DNA from: an uncultured Acidobacteriota bacterium
Lineage (GTDB): Bacteria; Acidobacteriota; Vicinamibacteria; Vicinamibacterales; CAVVIG01
Direction: 5' to 3'
NCBI GenBank assembly: GCA_963711795.1
Contig: CAVQFD010000004.1
Coordinates: 395,873 to 459,872 of the forward strand
Length of the DNA: 64,000 nucleotides
Notes under the pieces: model-generated
What the model saw: only the letters and a program-made list of their open reading frames with translations
The model's database searches: none
What the model was told of the DNA's origin: nothing
Translations under genes and position numbers: made by a program
Shown: piece after piece, positions 9,831 to 19,457 of the stretch
Layout of the letters: each line of letters starts with the position of its first letter
Position numbering within the stretch: the stretch's first letter is position 1

Positions 9831-10757
9831 CTACTTGCGGACGAACTTGTGAAGCGCGGGCTTGATCGTGTCGGCCACCCAGATCTCCCCGCCAGGACCG
9901 ATCGTCATATAGTGCGCCTCGCCGAACTCGCCCAGCCCCTTCCCGGGCTGGCCCGTTGCGGCGATCGCCTTGCCGTTCGCGTCGAGCTTGAGGATCTGGC
10001 CGGCGAACCCACTCACGAGATAGAACGTCCCGTCCCGGTCGATGAACAGACCGCAGGGGAGCCCGGCGAACTTCCACTCCTTGATGTAGGTGCCTTCAGC
10101 GTCGAAGATCTGGACGCGCCGGTTCTGCCGGTCAGCGACGTAGAGCAAGCCCTTGGCATCCACCACGACCGAGTGGGAGGTGTCGAACTTGCCTGGCGCA
10201 GTTCCCGGGCCGCCCCACGACTTGAGGAGCTTGCCCGTCGCATCGAACTTCAGCATCCGCGGCTCGCCGCGCCCGTGCCCCTGGAGGAGATAGATTTCGC
10301 CGGCGGCGCCGAATGCCAGGTCAGTCGGCTCGTTCAGCAGGCGCGCGTTTGCGGCTTCGCTCCATTCGCCAGGCTGACCCTTGACGCCGAGCGTCATCAG
10401 CACCTTGCCGTTCGCGTCCATCTTCGTGACGGTGTGTCCGTTCACGTCCGTCACCCACAGGTTGCCGGCCTTGTCGATCCGGAAGCCGTGCGGCCGGACG
10501 TAGGTGCCTTCACCGATTTTCCGGACGAAGGTCCCGTCCTTGTCGAACTCGAGCAGCGGGAACGGCCCGCGGTTGAACACAATCAGGTGCCCGGCCGCCG
10601 TCATCGCGACACCAGACGGCGCACCCATCGTGATGCCGTCGGGCAGCTTCACAGCGTTCGCGACGGGCACATAGCCCAGATCGGGTGCCTTCTCCATCTG
10701 CGCGGGATCGGGCGCGGCAAGAGCCTGCAGCAGCAGGGCGATGACTGCCATTCGCAT
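9831..10757 (-). CDS. NHL-repeat PAL-like protein
   Basis: RPHGFRID, NEPTDLAF, VADRQNRRVQIFD; signal peptide. Confidence 0.8.
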   Translation of the reverse strand: MRMAVIALLLQALAAPDPAQMEKAPDLGYVPVANAVKLPDGITMGAPSGVAMTAAGHLIVFNRGPFPLLEFDKDGTFVRKIGEGTYVRPHGFRIDKAGNLWVTDVNGHTVTKMDANGKVLMTLGVKGQPGEWSEAANARLLNEPTDLAFGAAGEIYLLQGHGRGEPRMLKFDATGKLLKSWGGPGTAPGKFDTSHSVVVDAKGLLYVADRQNRRVQIFDAEGTYIKEWKFAGLPCGLFIDRDGTFYLVSGFAGQILKLDANGKAIAATGQPGKGLGEFGEAHYMTIGPGGEIWVADTIKPALHKFVRK

Positions 10758-10779
10758 TGTTCTTTACCCCTTCGATCCG

Positions 10780-11163
10780 CTAAGCCGAATACCGGACCCA
10801 GAACAGGAAACCACTGAGGATCAGCGAGAAGACGCCGGCCACCTGAAAGTGCCAGGCGCGCTCCGGAGAGATGCGCGCCATGATGCGCAGCGCGACCCCG
10901 GGCGCAACGAAACGTATGGTGGCTTTGACGACCTGTGCCCATCCAATCAGCGTCAGCACCACGGCCGGACCTTCCCACACGTTGTGAAACGCGACGATGA
11001 CGGCGCCGAAGTGCAGCACGATGAAGCCTTCGAGGAACGCCCCGGGAGCACCCCGCGCACCGAGATCCTGAAAGAACGCGACCCAGGCCCCTGGCCGCAG
11101 CAGGTGCGACACTCCGATGACGAGAAACGAGACCGCCGCGTAGACCTGGACGGCCTGGATCAT
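10780..11163 (-). CDS. Hypothetical membrane protein (about 4 TM)
   Basis: Hydrophobic ORF from MIQAVQ; HNVW motif; GAGG RBS. Confidence 0.65.
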   Translation of the reverse strand: MIQAVQVYAAVSFLVIGVSHLLRPGAWVAFFQDLGARGAPGAFLEGFIVLHFGAVIVAFHNVWEGPAVVLTLIGWAQVVKATIRFVAPGVALRIMARISPERAWHFQVAGVFSLILSGFLFWVRYSA

Positions 11164-11183
11164 CTCGTCATTCCTCGAGGACG

Positions 11184-12074
11184 CTATTCGAGCCTCAGTG
11201 CCCAGCGAATCCCACCGGTGATGTGCGCACGAAACACGGGATCGTTGGACCAGATGTCCGCGCGGTGGCCGAGCGCCGTGTAGAACACGCGGCCCTGGCC
11301 AAAGCTCCGCTCCCAGGCCTGCGGATAGTCGCCGCCCTTGACCACCTCCGGCAGGTTGCTGATGTCGGTCCGTTCGGTGTCGATGCTCAGGAGCACGTGC
11401 ACACGGTCGCGTGTGAAGCCCATCGGGATTTTGAAGTTGCCGGGGCTGCTCACGTTGTCCTTTGGACGTGCCTCGTTCCAGGGCTCCTTGGCGAAGTGGT
11501 AGAACTCGTCGACCACCGGCCACGTGAGCCCGCCGAGCATCTTCGTCGCGGGGTGGTTGGGATCCTCGACCTTCAGCACCGCGATCGCACCCTGCCGCAT
11601 CGACCGGCGGTAGTAGGCGCCGAGCATCTCACCGTACGGCGGGTAGTCGTAGAAGGTGACCGTCGCGCAGTGCGCCCCGATGAGCGCCTTGCCGCCCCGC
11701 ACGAAGTCCACCATCGCTTTCTTCTGCGCCTCGGTGAACGGCGGGTTGCCGTTGGTCATCATCATCAACCCGTCGAACTGGTTGAGGTACTCCGGCGTGA
11801 AGTACGACAGGTCGACCTTGTCGGCGCCCTCGAGCGACTTGGGCCGTCCGGGACCGATCGTCACGTCGAACCCGCCGGCCTTGCCCAGTTCGGTGACCGC
11901 CAGTTCGGCAGGATCGAGGCTCTGGTGGTAGGCAACGCCGGGATAGGTGAGGAAGAGCAGTTTCTTGCGTGGCCCCGTCTGCGCCGCCTGGCCGCCGGCA
12001 GTGGCGGCGGTCGAATACACGCAGAGTCCCACGACGAACGCCAGCAGGCCGAGACGAATGATGTGTCTGCGCAT
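11184..12074 (-). CDS. ThuA-domain protein (class I glutamine amidotransferase-like), secreted
   Basis: GGKALIGAHCAT, DEFY, GQGRVFYTALGH, GGIRWAL. Confidence 0.85.
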   Translation of the reverse strand: MRRHIIRLGLLAFVVGLCVYSTAATAGGQAAQTGPRKKLLFLTYPGVAYHQSLDPAELAVTELGKAGGFDVTIGPGRPKSLEGADKVDLSYFTPEYLNQFDGLMMMTNGNPPFTEAQKKAMVDFVRGGKALIGAHCATVTFYDYPPYGEMLGAYYRRSMRQGAIAVLKVEDPNHPATKMLGGLTWPVVDEFYHFAKEPWNEARPKDNVSSPGNFKIPMGFTRDRVHVLLSIDTERTDISNLPEVVKGGDYPQAWERSFGQGRVFYTALGHRADIWSNDPVFRAHITGGIRWALRLE

Positions 12075-12117
12075 GCGCGGAATCATATACTCACGCCTGC
12101 AAACCGAGGTGCTGAAT

Positions 12118-13164
12118 ATGTCGAATGTGCATCGCCCCTGGCTGACGGCCGTACTGGCCGCCATTACACTCAGCGGTTCTCTCACCTTCAGCCAATCCCT
12201 CCCCAATCCTTATCGCGCCGTTGACGGCTGGGCAAAGCTCCCGGCCGGCCGCCAGATGGGCGCCGTCGGTGATGTCGAGGTGGATCGGGACGGCCGCCAC
12301 ATCTGGGCTGTCGTCCGGTGCGACGCCACAGCCCCCGATCGGTTCGGGAACGAGTGCCTCGATTCCAATCTCGACTCGATCATCAAGTTCGCGCCGGACG
12401 GGTCGGTGGTCCGAAGCTTCGGCGGCGGCATGTTCATCTGGCCACACGGAATAGATGTCGACCCGGACGGGAACCTGTGGGTGACCGACGCGGTAAGCCC
12501 GCAGCGCACGCCGGCGGGGAAGCGCGGGCACCAGGTCGTCAAGTTCAGCCCCGAGGGCAAGGTCCTGATGACGCTCGGGACTCCGGGCGTATCCGGCGGC
12601 GGCACCACGCACTTCAATGCGCCGAGCGACGTGGTCGTCGCGCCGAACGGCGACGTGTTCGTCGCCGATGGCCACGGTCTCGACGGCAACAACCGCGTGG
12701 TGAAGTTCTCGAAGGAAGGGAAGTTCCTGAAAGAATGGGGCAAGACCGGCTACGCCCCCGGCGAGTTCCGGACGCTCCACGCCATCGCGATGGATTCCCG
12801 CGGCCGCATCTTCGTCGGCGATCGCTCGAACAACCGGATTCAGCTCTTCGATCAGGAAGGCAAGTTCCTCACGATGTGGACGCAGTTCGGGCGGCCGAGC
12901 GGCATCTTCTTCGACGAGCGCGACCGGATCTACGTGGCCGACTCGGAGTCCGACGACGTGCAGAACCCGGGGTGGGAGATGGGCATCCGGATCGGCGACG
13001 CGAAGACCGGGTGGATCTCCGAGTTCATCATGTATCTGTGGGGTGATCCTCGGTCAACGGCGGGAGACGGCGCTGAGTTCGTCGCCGTGGATCGCGAAGG
13101 CAATCTCTACGGCGGCGAACCCAGCCCGAGGAAGCTGCAGAAGTACGTTCGGGTACGACCCTAG
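12118..13164 (+). CDS. NHL-repeat PAL-like protein
   Basis: WPHGIDVD, FNAPSDV, VADGHG, GDRSNNRIQLFD; GAGGT RBS; similar to 2833..3984. Confidence 0.8.
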   Translation: MSNVHRPWLTAVLAAITLSGSLTFSQSLPNPYRAVDGWAKLPAGRQMGAVGDVEVDRDGRHIWAVVRCDATAPDRFGNECLDSNLDSIIKFAPDGSVVRSFGGGMFIWPHGIDVDPDGNLWVTDAVSPQRTPAGKRGHQVVKFSPEGKVLMTLGTPGVSGGGTTHFNAPSDVVVAPNGDVFVADGHGLDGNNRVVKFSKEGKFLKEWGKTGYAPGEFRTLHAIAMDSRGRIFVGDRSNNRIQLFDQEGKFLTMWTQFGRPSGIFFDERDRIYVADSESDDVQNPGWEMGIRIGDAKTGWISEFIMYLWGDPRSTAGDGAEFVAVDREGNLYGGEPSPRKLQKYVRVRP

Positions 13165-14252
13165 TCGCGCGAGCCCTTCTTCGCGCGCTCGGAATCGAGG
13201 AGCCGCTCGCCCTTCATGATGCCGTGCATCGCGTAGTTGCCTTCGTGGCACGCGTACTCATACATCGGCTCGTCGGTTGCGAGCCAGGTGTACTCGCCGC
13301 TCCACGGCCGCGCCCACGTTGCCGGATCGTCGATCGTGAACTGATAGAGGATCGTGTCCTTGTCGGTGCGCGTCAGGCGCTCGGTGACCTTCAACTCCTG
13401 TGACGAGCCCCGGAACCTCGTCTTGTTGGTGAAGTTGGTCGTCTCGATGACCAGCGTGTCGCCCTCCCACCAGCCGATCGAGTCGCCCATCCATTTGCGG
13501 ATGGACGTGGGCAGATGCTTCGCGTTCATGCGGACGATGCGCGCGTCGTGCACCATCTCGATCTGGATGAGGATCGCGTCCGGTGTCTGCACGATCTGCT
13601 TCAGGTTGTTGTAGAAGTAGTTCGGCATGGTCGGCGGTCCCGAGGTGGAGCCGAAGCCGAGGATGCAGCGCTCGCCGAGCGGCCGGAATTCGACGTTGTC
13701 GTACGCCCCTGCCGCGGCGGTCACGACGCTTTCGGCCGCGTCTGACGATGGGGCGACCGTCCCGCGCGCGCCGCTGTTCCGCTTCTGTGCGGCGGCCGTT
13801 TGCGCCGGCACTTTGCCGTCGGCCGGATCGACGATGAGCGAACTTCGGAACTGGCCGTCGATCTGCACGACGCGCTGTCCGCGGTCGATCCAGAAGTTGT
13901 TGTAGCCGCCAACGTTGCCGCCCTGCACCGGCGCGGCGCGGTTCGGGTCGCTGTTCTGCGCGCGCGATTCAACGCGCTGCGATTCGCCACCGCTGATCCG
14001 CCGCGCTTCGGCCTCGGTCAGAATCAGGCGTCCCTTGAGGTCGTCCGGCCGCTCGATGGGCGTCAGTGTTGCGGCGTTGAATGTGCCCTGCAGGTCCGGC
14101 TTGCCGTCGGGTGTTCGAGGAACCTGCGCCCAGGGTTTGGGTTTGGTCAGGCCGCCCGCAGGCTGCTGTCCCGAACCAGACACAGTAAGGAGGACGAGGG
14201 AACCAGCGACCGCGGCGAGGAATCCCAACGCATGAGCGGAGGGGTGACGCAT
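13161..14252 (-). CDS. Uncharacterised secreted protein, PDLxG...EYACHExN family (copy 1)
   Basis: PRTPDGKPDLQG, YNNFW, ERC, EMVHDAR, WEGDTLVIET, YEYACHEGN; AGGAGG RBS. Confidence 0.8.
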   Translation of the reverse strand: MRHPSAHALGFLAAVAGSLVLLTVSGSGQQPAGGLTKPKPWAQVPRTPDGKPDLQGTFNAATLTPIERPDDLKGRLILTEAEARRISGGESQRVESRAQNSDPNRAAPVQGGNVGGYNNFWIDRGQRVVQIDGQFRSSLIVDPADGKVPAQTAAAQKRNSGARGTVAPSSDAAESVVTAAAGAYDNVEFRPLGERCILGFGSTSGPPTMPNYFYNNLKQIVQTPDAILIQIEMVHDARIVRMNAKHLPTSIRKWMGDSIGWWEGDTLVIETTNFTNKTRFRGSSQELKVTERLTRTDKDTILYQFTIDDPATWARPWSGEYTWLATDEPMYEYACHEGNYAMHGIMKGERLLDSERAKKGSRD

Positions 14253-14364
14253 TGCGCCTCCTGTATTAAACGAGTCTGAGACACCAGGGCCGACGAAGCG
14301 ACTGGGGAGGTAATACACCTGCCCATGAGGTGAAGTCAATGCCCGTATGTGGTTAGGGCTGTAC

Positions 14365-14401
14365 AAGAAACGGGCCGGGTCCCCATTGGGAGCCCGGCCC
14401 G
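14365..14401 (-). terminator. Intrinsic terminator after the second PQQ dehydrogenase gene
   Basis: CGGGCCGGG...CCCGGCCCG stem followed by TTTCTT on the minus strand. Confidence 0.65.
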
Positions 14402-14426
14402 GTTTCCGTCCCGAAATGGTGGGCCG

Positions 14427-16588
14427 TTAGGGGAGCGCGAGCGCCGTGTAGCCGCCCTGGACCGGGAGCATCACGTACTGCTTGCCCTGGTGCATGTAGG
14501 TCATCAGCCCGTAACCGCCCATTTCCGGCGTCGCCACGGCACCGACGCGCTTGCCGGTCTTCTTGTCGATGCCGAAGAGCATCGGCTTGCTGTCGGCCGA
14601 CGAGCCCGTCGCAAAGAGCAGGGTGGAAGTGGCCATCATGGCCGCATGGCCGCTGCGGCCCCAGTTGGTGTCCACGTTCACGCCCTTGAGCAGCGGGTTG
14701 TTGCGGAAGGCGTCCTGCTGCTCCTGCGACATGTCACCGTGCGGAATCATCCACAGATGTTCGCCCGTGTTCACGTCGATGGCCGTGATCCGGCCGACGG
14801 GTCCCTTGAAGAGGCCCGGGATGCCGGCGAGCGGGCTGCCGGGGCCGAAGCCCGCGCCGCCGCGGCCTCCCGGTCCTGCCCCACGCCCGGCCGGTGCGGC
14901 GCCGCGACCCTCGGCCGCGCCACCACGGCCCGCAGCCCCTGGGGGCACCGCGGAGCCGCGTGCCCACGGCACAACGGTCGTGCCGGTCATCCGGTCGTTG
15001 TCACGTTCGCTCGCCGGGCCAAGCATCACCGCGCCGCACCCGCTGTGCGACGTGATGAAGATGATCCCCGCCGTCGGATCGGCCGCCGGTGGCCCCGTAA
15101 TGTTCACGCCGCCGGTGTCGCCGGGGCAGATGCGCGCCGGGGCCGGCGCCCTCCGCGTTGCCGCGGTGCGTCGGCGGGTTGAAGAGTGGCGCGAGCTGGT
15201 TCGCGGCCTTCGCCGCCTCGAGCGCCAGCCGCTTGATCTCCGGCGTGTAGTCGATCAGGTGCTCTTCGGTGCGCCCCTGCAGGTCGTACGGCGCCGGCCT
15301 GGTCGGGTGCGGCTGCGTGGCCGCCAGCTTCTCGCCCGGCACTTTCGATTGCGGCGCCGGCTTCTCGACGATCGGCCAGATGGGTTCGCCGGTCTGCCGG
15401 TTGAACGAATAGAGGTACGCCTGCTTCGTGGCCTGGAACACTCCCGGGACGCGGCGACCGTTGACGTTCACGTCGAGGAGGATGGGCGCCGTGGGCGTGT
15501 CGTAGTTCCAGATGTCGTGCTTGACCATCTGGAAGTGCCAGACGCGCTTGCCGGTCTTGACGTCCAGCGCAATCAGGCTGGTGCCAAACAGGTTGTCGCC
15601 CGGGCGGAACCCGCCGTAGAAGTCCATCGTCGCGCCGTTGGTCGGGATGTAGACCAGCCCGCGTTCCGGGTCGGCCGCCATCGGCGCCCAGGACGAGATG
15701 TCGCCGGTCCACTGCCACGCGTCGTTCTCCCACGTGTTGTGCCCGAACTCGCCGGGCCGCGGAATCACGTGGAACTTCCACAGGTACTTGCCGGTCTTTG
15801 CGTCATAGCCGAGGATGTCGCCCGGCACGTTCTCACGCCGCGTCTGGTTGTAGCCCTGTTCGGCGGAGTTGCCGACGACGACCACGTCGTTGACGACGAT
15901 CGGCGGCGAGGAACTCGTGATGTAGCCGATCGACAGCGGCATCCCGATGTTCGGGTTGTAAGGCTGCTTCAGCTTGGCCCAGGGCTCCCAGTCGGCGATG
16001 AGATCCTTGACGAGGTCCACCGAGCCGGTCTTCGGGAAGCCCGTGATGGGCACCGAGCCGCCCCAGTTGGCGAGCGGCTGGCCCGTCCGCGCGTCGAGCG
16101 CGTGCAGGAAGAAGGCGGGCGTCGTGATGAACACCACGCCGCGGCCGTTGATGCGCGCGTAGGCCACGCCCTTGCCGTGGTTGGCGCGCATCGAGGTACT
16201 CGAGGCGGCCCGTCGTCGGCTCCTGGAACGTCCAGAGCGTCTTGCCCGAGGCCGGGTCGAGCGACACGACGGTCCGCTTCGGGCCGGACGTCGTGATGAG
16301 CATGCCGTCCACGTAAATCGGCAGCGACCGCGCGTTCACCTCGCCGCCGAGATTCACGCCCGCATCCTTCACGCCGCGCCATTCCCAGGCGACCTTCAGG
16401 TTGTTGAAGTTGGACGCGTTGATCTGGTCTAGCGGTGAATACCGGGCGCCGTTGTTGCCACCGGTGATGTTCGGCCATTCACCCGCTTGCTGCGCGATGC
16501 CGCCAGTGGTGATGACGGCGACGGCCGCCGCAGCAAGAGTGGCTCGGACCGCAAGCGGCCCCGAGCGAAACGAAAATCCGCGCATCAT
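14427..16588 (-). CDS. PQQ-dependent dehydrogenase, paralogue of 7671..9800 (frameshifts near 16193 and 15135)
   Basis: Three consecutive ORF pieces match the intact paralogue in order ([32 protein letters not shown] end). Confidence 0.85.
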
Positions 16589-16717
16589 TGATCCTCTTTA
16601 GTCCTTGTCGGCAGGGACGATAGCGTCGAAAAGGATGTGACGGTTTGGCCACCCGTGTCAACTCCGGGCCTGCCGGGTTGCACGGCGGGGACGGCTGATG
16701 TTACAAGCACAAGGTTC

Positions 16718-18302
16718 ATGGCGAAACAGCAGAAGCGCGGACCGGCCCCGGCGCCCAGGGCGGCAGCTGCGCCGCAAGGCAATGCGGTACTGCTCGCCGT
16801 GCCGTTCGGCCTGACGGCCGCGCTCTTCCTGCTGTCGCTCCTGCCTCGCGTCCAGACCAACGTTGTCCTGGTCAGGTCCTTCTGGGGCGCCGTCGTGACC
16901 CTGCTTGCCTGGCTGGCAGTGCTCTGGCTCCGTGGCGTGAGGCCGTCAATCGTCCTGGCGCCGCCCAGGCCGCAGCACTACGTGCAGGCGATGTGTCACA
17001 TGTCGGTCTACACGTACTGGGGCTGGTACTGGGCGCCCGTGCCCAACTACGTCTGGCTGCTGGTCGCGCAGCTCGTGTTCGCCTACGCCTTCGACATGCT
17101 GCTCTCGTGGTCGCGCCGCGGCAGCGTATGCCCTGGGCTTCGGGCCGCTGCCCATCGTGTTCAGCACGAACCTGTTCCTGTGGTTCAGGGACGACTGGTT
17201 CTACCTGCAGTTCCTGCTCGTGGCGGCGGGTTTCCTCGGCAAGGAGTTCGTGCGCTGGGAGCGCGACGGGAAGAGCGTCCACATCTTCAACCCCTCGGCG
17301 TTCAGCCTCGCGCTGTTCTCCGTGGTGTTGATCGCGACCGGCACCACCAGCATCACCTGGGGCCCGGAGATCGCGTCGACGCTCAGCCTCGCCCCGTACA
17401 TCTACGTGTTCCTCTTCCTCGTCGGACTGGTCGTGATGTACTTCTTCTCGATCACGCCGGTGGCCGCGTCCGCGGCCGCGACGCTCTTCGGGCTGAGCGC
17501 GCTGTACTGGGCGCTGACCGGGACACCGTACTTCCTCGATTCGGAGATTCCGACGGCCGTGTTCCTGGGTTTGCACCTGCTCGTCACGGATCCGTCCACG
17601 TCGCCGCGCACACCGCTCGGCCGGACGATCTTCGGCATCCTCTATGGGCTCGGTGTCTTCGGCCTGTACGCGCTGCTCGGCGCGATGGGCGCTCCCACGT
17701 TCTACGACAAGCTGCTGTGCGTGCCGCTCCTGAACCTGTCGGTGCCGGCGATCGATCGCGCCGTCCGGGCGCTTGGCGACCGTCCGTGGATTACGGCACT
17801 GAAGCTGGACGGTCCGCTGGGCCGGCACAACCTGGCGCACATGGCCGTGTGGATCGGGTTCTTCGGCGTGATGACCGTGGTTGGCTCGACCGATGGCATG
17901 CACCCCGGCGACCGGGTCCCGTTCTGGCAGCAGGCCTGCGCCGAGGGGCGCCGCGGCGCATGCGGCCGGCTGTTGCAGGTCGAAACCTCTTATTGCACCG
18001 ACAACGCGGGCTGGGCCTGCAACGAGTTGGGCACCCATTACGCTCAGGGCCGGCTTGTGAACAGTGATCCCGAGCGCGCACTGGCCTATTTCTCGCGCGC
18101 ATGCGAGCTGCGGTTTCAGGCCGGGTGCGTGAACCTGCTGGACGCCCGCACGATCAGCGAGGCGCCGCCTCGTGCGTTCGATCTGCGGTTGCTGCTCCGG
18201 CAGGCAGGCCCCAACCTGATCGATATGCCCGAGCCCGAGCTCTACGCTCGCGCATGCACGCACGGCTGGGCGTTCGCCTGCGACAGGCCCGTCTCACAGT
18301 GA
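16718..18302 (+). CDS. NqrB/RnfD-like polytopic membrane protein with Cys-rich Sel1-like C-terminus (frameshift near 17126)
   Basis: HIFNPSAF and TDPSTSP motifs; many TM segments; C-terminal AC..G...AC / ACNELG repeats. Confidence 0.6.
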
Positions 18303-18333
18303 GGTTCAAGGTTCAGGGTTCAAGGTTCAGGGT
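18300..18333. repeat. Heptamer array (GGTTCA family)
   Basis: aggttca aggttca gggttca aggttca ggg directly after the stop codon. Confidence 0.75.
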
Positions 18334-18337
18334 GAGG

Positions 18338-19162
18338 GTGCGGGTGCCACTCGTCGTGGCCTTGTTCGTCGTGCCGCTTTTTTTCGTGCCCTCCCGCGCG
18401 CAGACGGCGCCGGAGGCGGGGCTGTCGGGCTTCGTCGAGGTACCCGCGGGCCCAATCACGATGGGAACCGATCCCGCCGATCCGCTCGGCTACGAGAACG
18501 AACGGTGGTCTCCGGCGGGCGGCACTGGCAGCGTCGAGGTCGCGGCATTCTTCATCAGCCAGCACGAAGTGACGGTGGGTGAGTTCCGCACGTTCGTCGA
18601 GGCGACGTCGTTCAGAGCGGACCCGCAGGCGCTCGCCGGGCCGGCCGACCATCCCGTGACATTTGTCTCGTGGACCGATGCGCTGGCCTACTGCCGGTGG
18701 CTCGAAGGCGTGCTCAAGACGCGCCCGGCTACGCCCGCTCGGCTCCAGCAGGCACTGAAGGACGGCTGGCGCGTGAGCCTGCCTACCGAGGCCGAGTGGG
18801 AAAAAGCCGCACGTGGCAGCGATCGGCGCACTTTTCCGTGGGGCAACGAACCACGGAAGGATCGCGCGAACTACGAGACGACCGCCACGACGCCCGTCGG
18901 CCGCTTTCCCTGTCCGGAGTGCCCGTTCGGCCTCGACGACATGGCGGGCAACGTCTGGGAGTGGACGCGGAGCCCGTATCAGCCCTATCCGTACACCACG
19001 GCCGACGACCGAGACAATCTGGGGGTTGATGCGCTGTGGGTGATCCGCGGCGGCCACTTTGCCGATCCCGCGCGCCTCGTCCGCGCCGCCGCCCGCGGCG
19101 CCGCCGATCCGGGCGCGAGGCGCGCGTTCATCGGGTTCCGAATCGCCATTTCGCGTTTCTAA
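18338..19162 (+). CDS. FGE-sulfatase (SUMF1/EgtB/PvdO) domain protein; start approximate
   Basis: HEVT, PVTFVSW, LPTEAEWEKAARG, DMAGNVWEW, RGG, GFR. Confidence 0.88.
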   Translation: MRVPLVVALFVVPLFFVPSRAQTAPEAGLSGFVEVPAGPITMGTDPADPLGYENERWSPAGGTGSVEVAAFFISQHEVTVGEFRTFVEATSFRADPQALAGPADHPVTFVSWTDALAYCRWLEGVLKTRPATPARLQQALKDGWRVSLPTEAEWEKAARGSDRRTFPWGNEPRKDRANYETTATTPVGRFPCPECPFGLDDMAGNVWEWTRSPYQPYPYTTADDRDNLGVDALWVIRGGHFADPARLVRAAARGAADPGARRAFIGFRIAISRF

Positions 19163-19201
19163 CCCCGACGTCGAATCCCGCAGCTTTCTTCGACACGCCG
19201 T

Positions 19202-19398
19202 TCGCCGGAGGGTGGCCGAGGGCAGCCGTCCCTGTCGACGGCGCGGGGATCCTCCGCTCGCGGTATGTCGGGGAAATGCGGCAGGTCCGGCGATCGTCCC
19301 GGACCAGCCGCGGATTTCTGGCGCTACGCGTCGGTTCCCCGACTGACGCTCGCGACGCGCCGCTCCAAGGGCCGCCGCCCTCGGCCACCCTCCGGCGA
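19202..19398. repeat. ~200 nt imperfect inverted-repeat element between convergent genes
   Basis: 22-bp perfect terminal IR (TCGCCGGAGGGTGGCCGAGGGC) plus inner stems. Confidence 0.7.
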
Positions 19399-19457
19399 TT
19401 TGCGAATCGCTCGCCCCAGCCCGCCGTTCCTGCCCCACCCGCCCTGCCTGCCCGGAT

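Noticed and set aside
19278..19312. SRP RNA (CAGGTCCGG)
   Set aside because: Lacks the GGAA tetraloop and GCAGC of the conserved SRP helix
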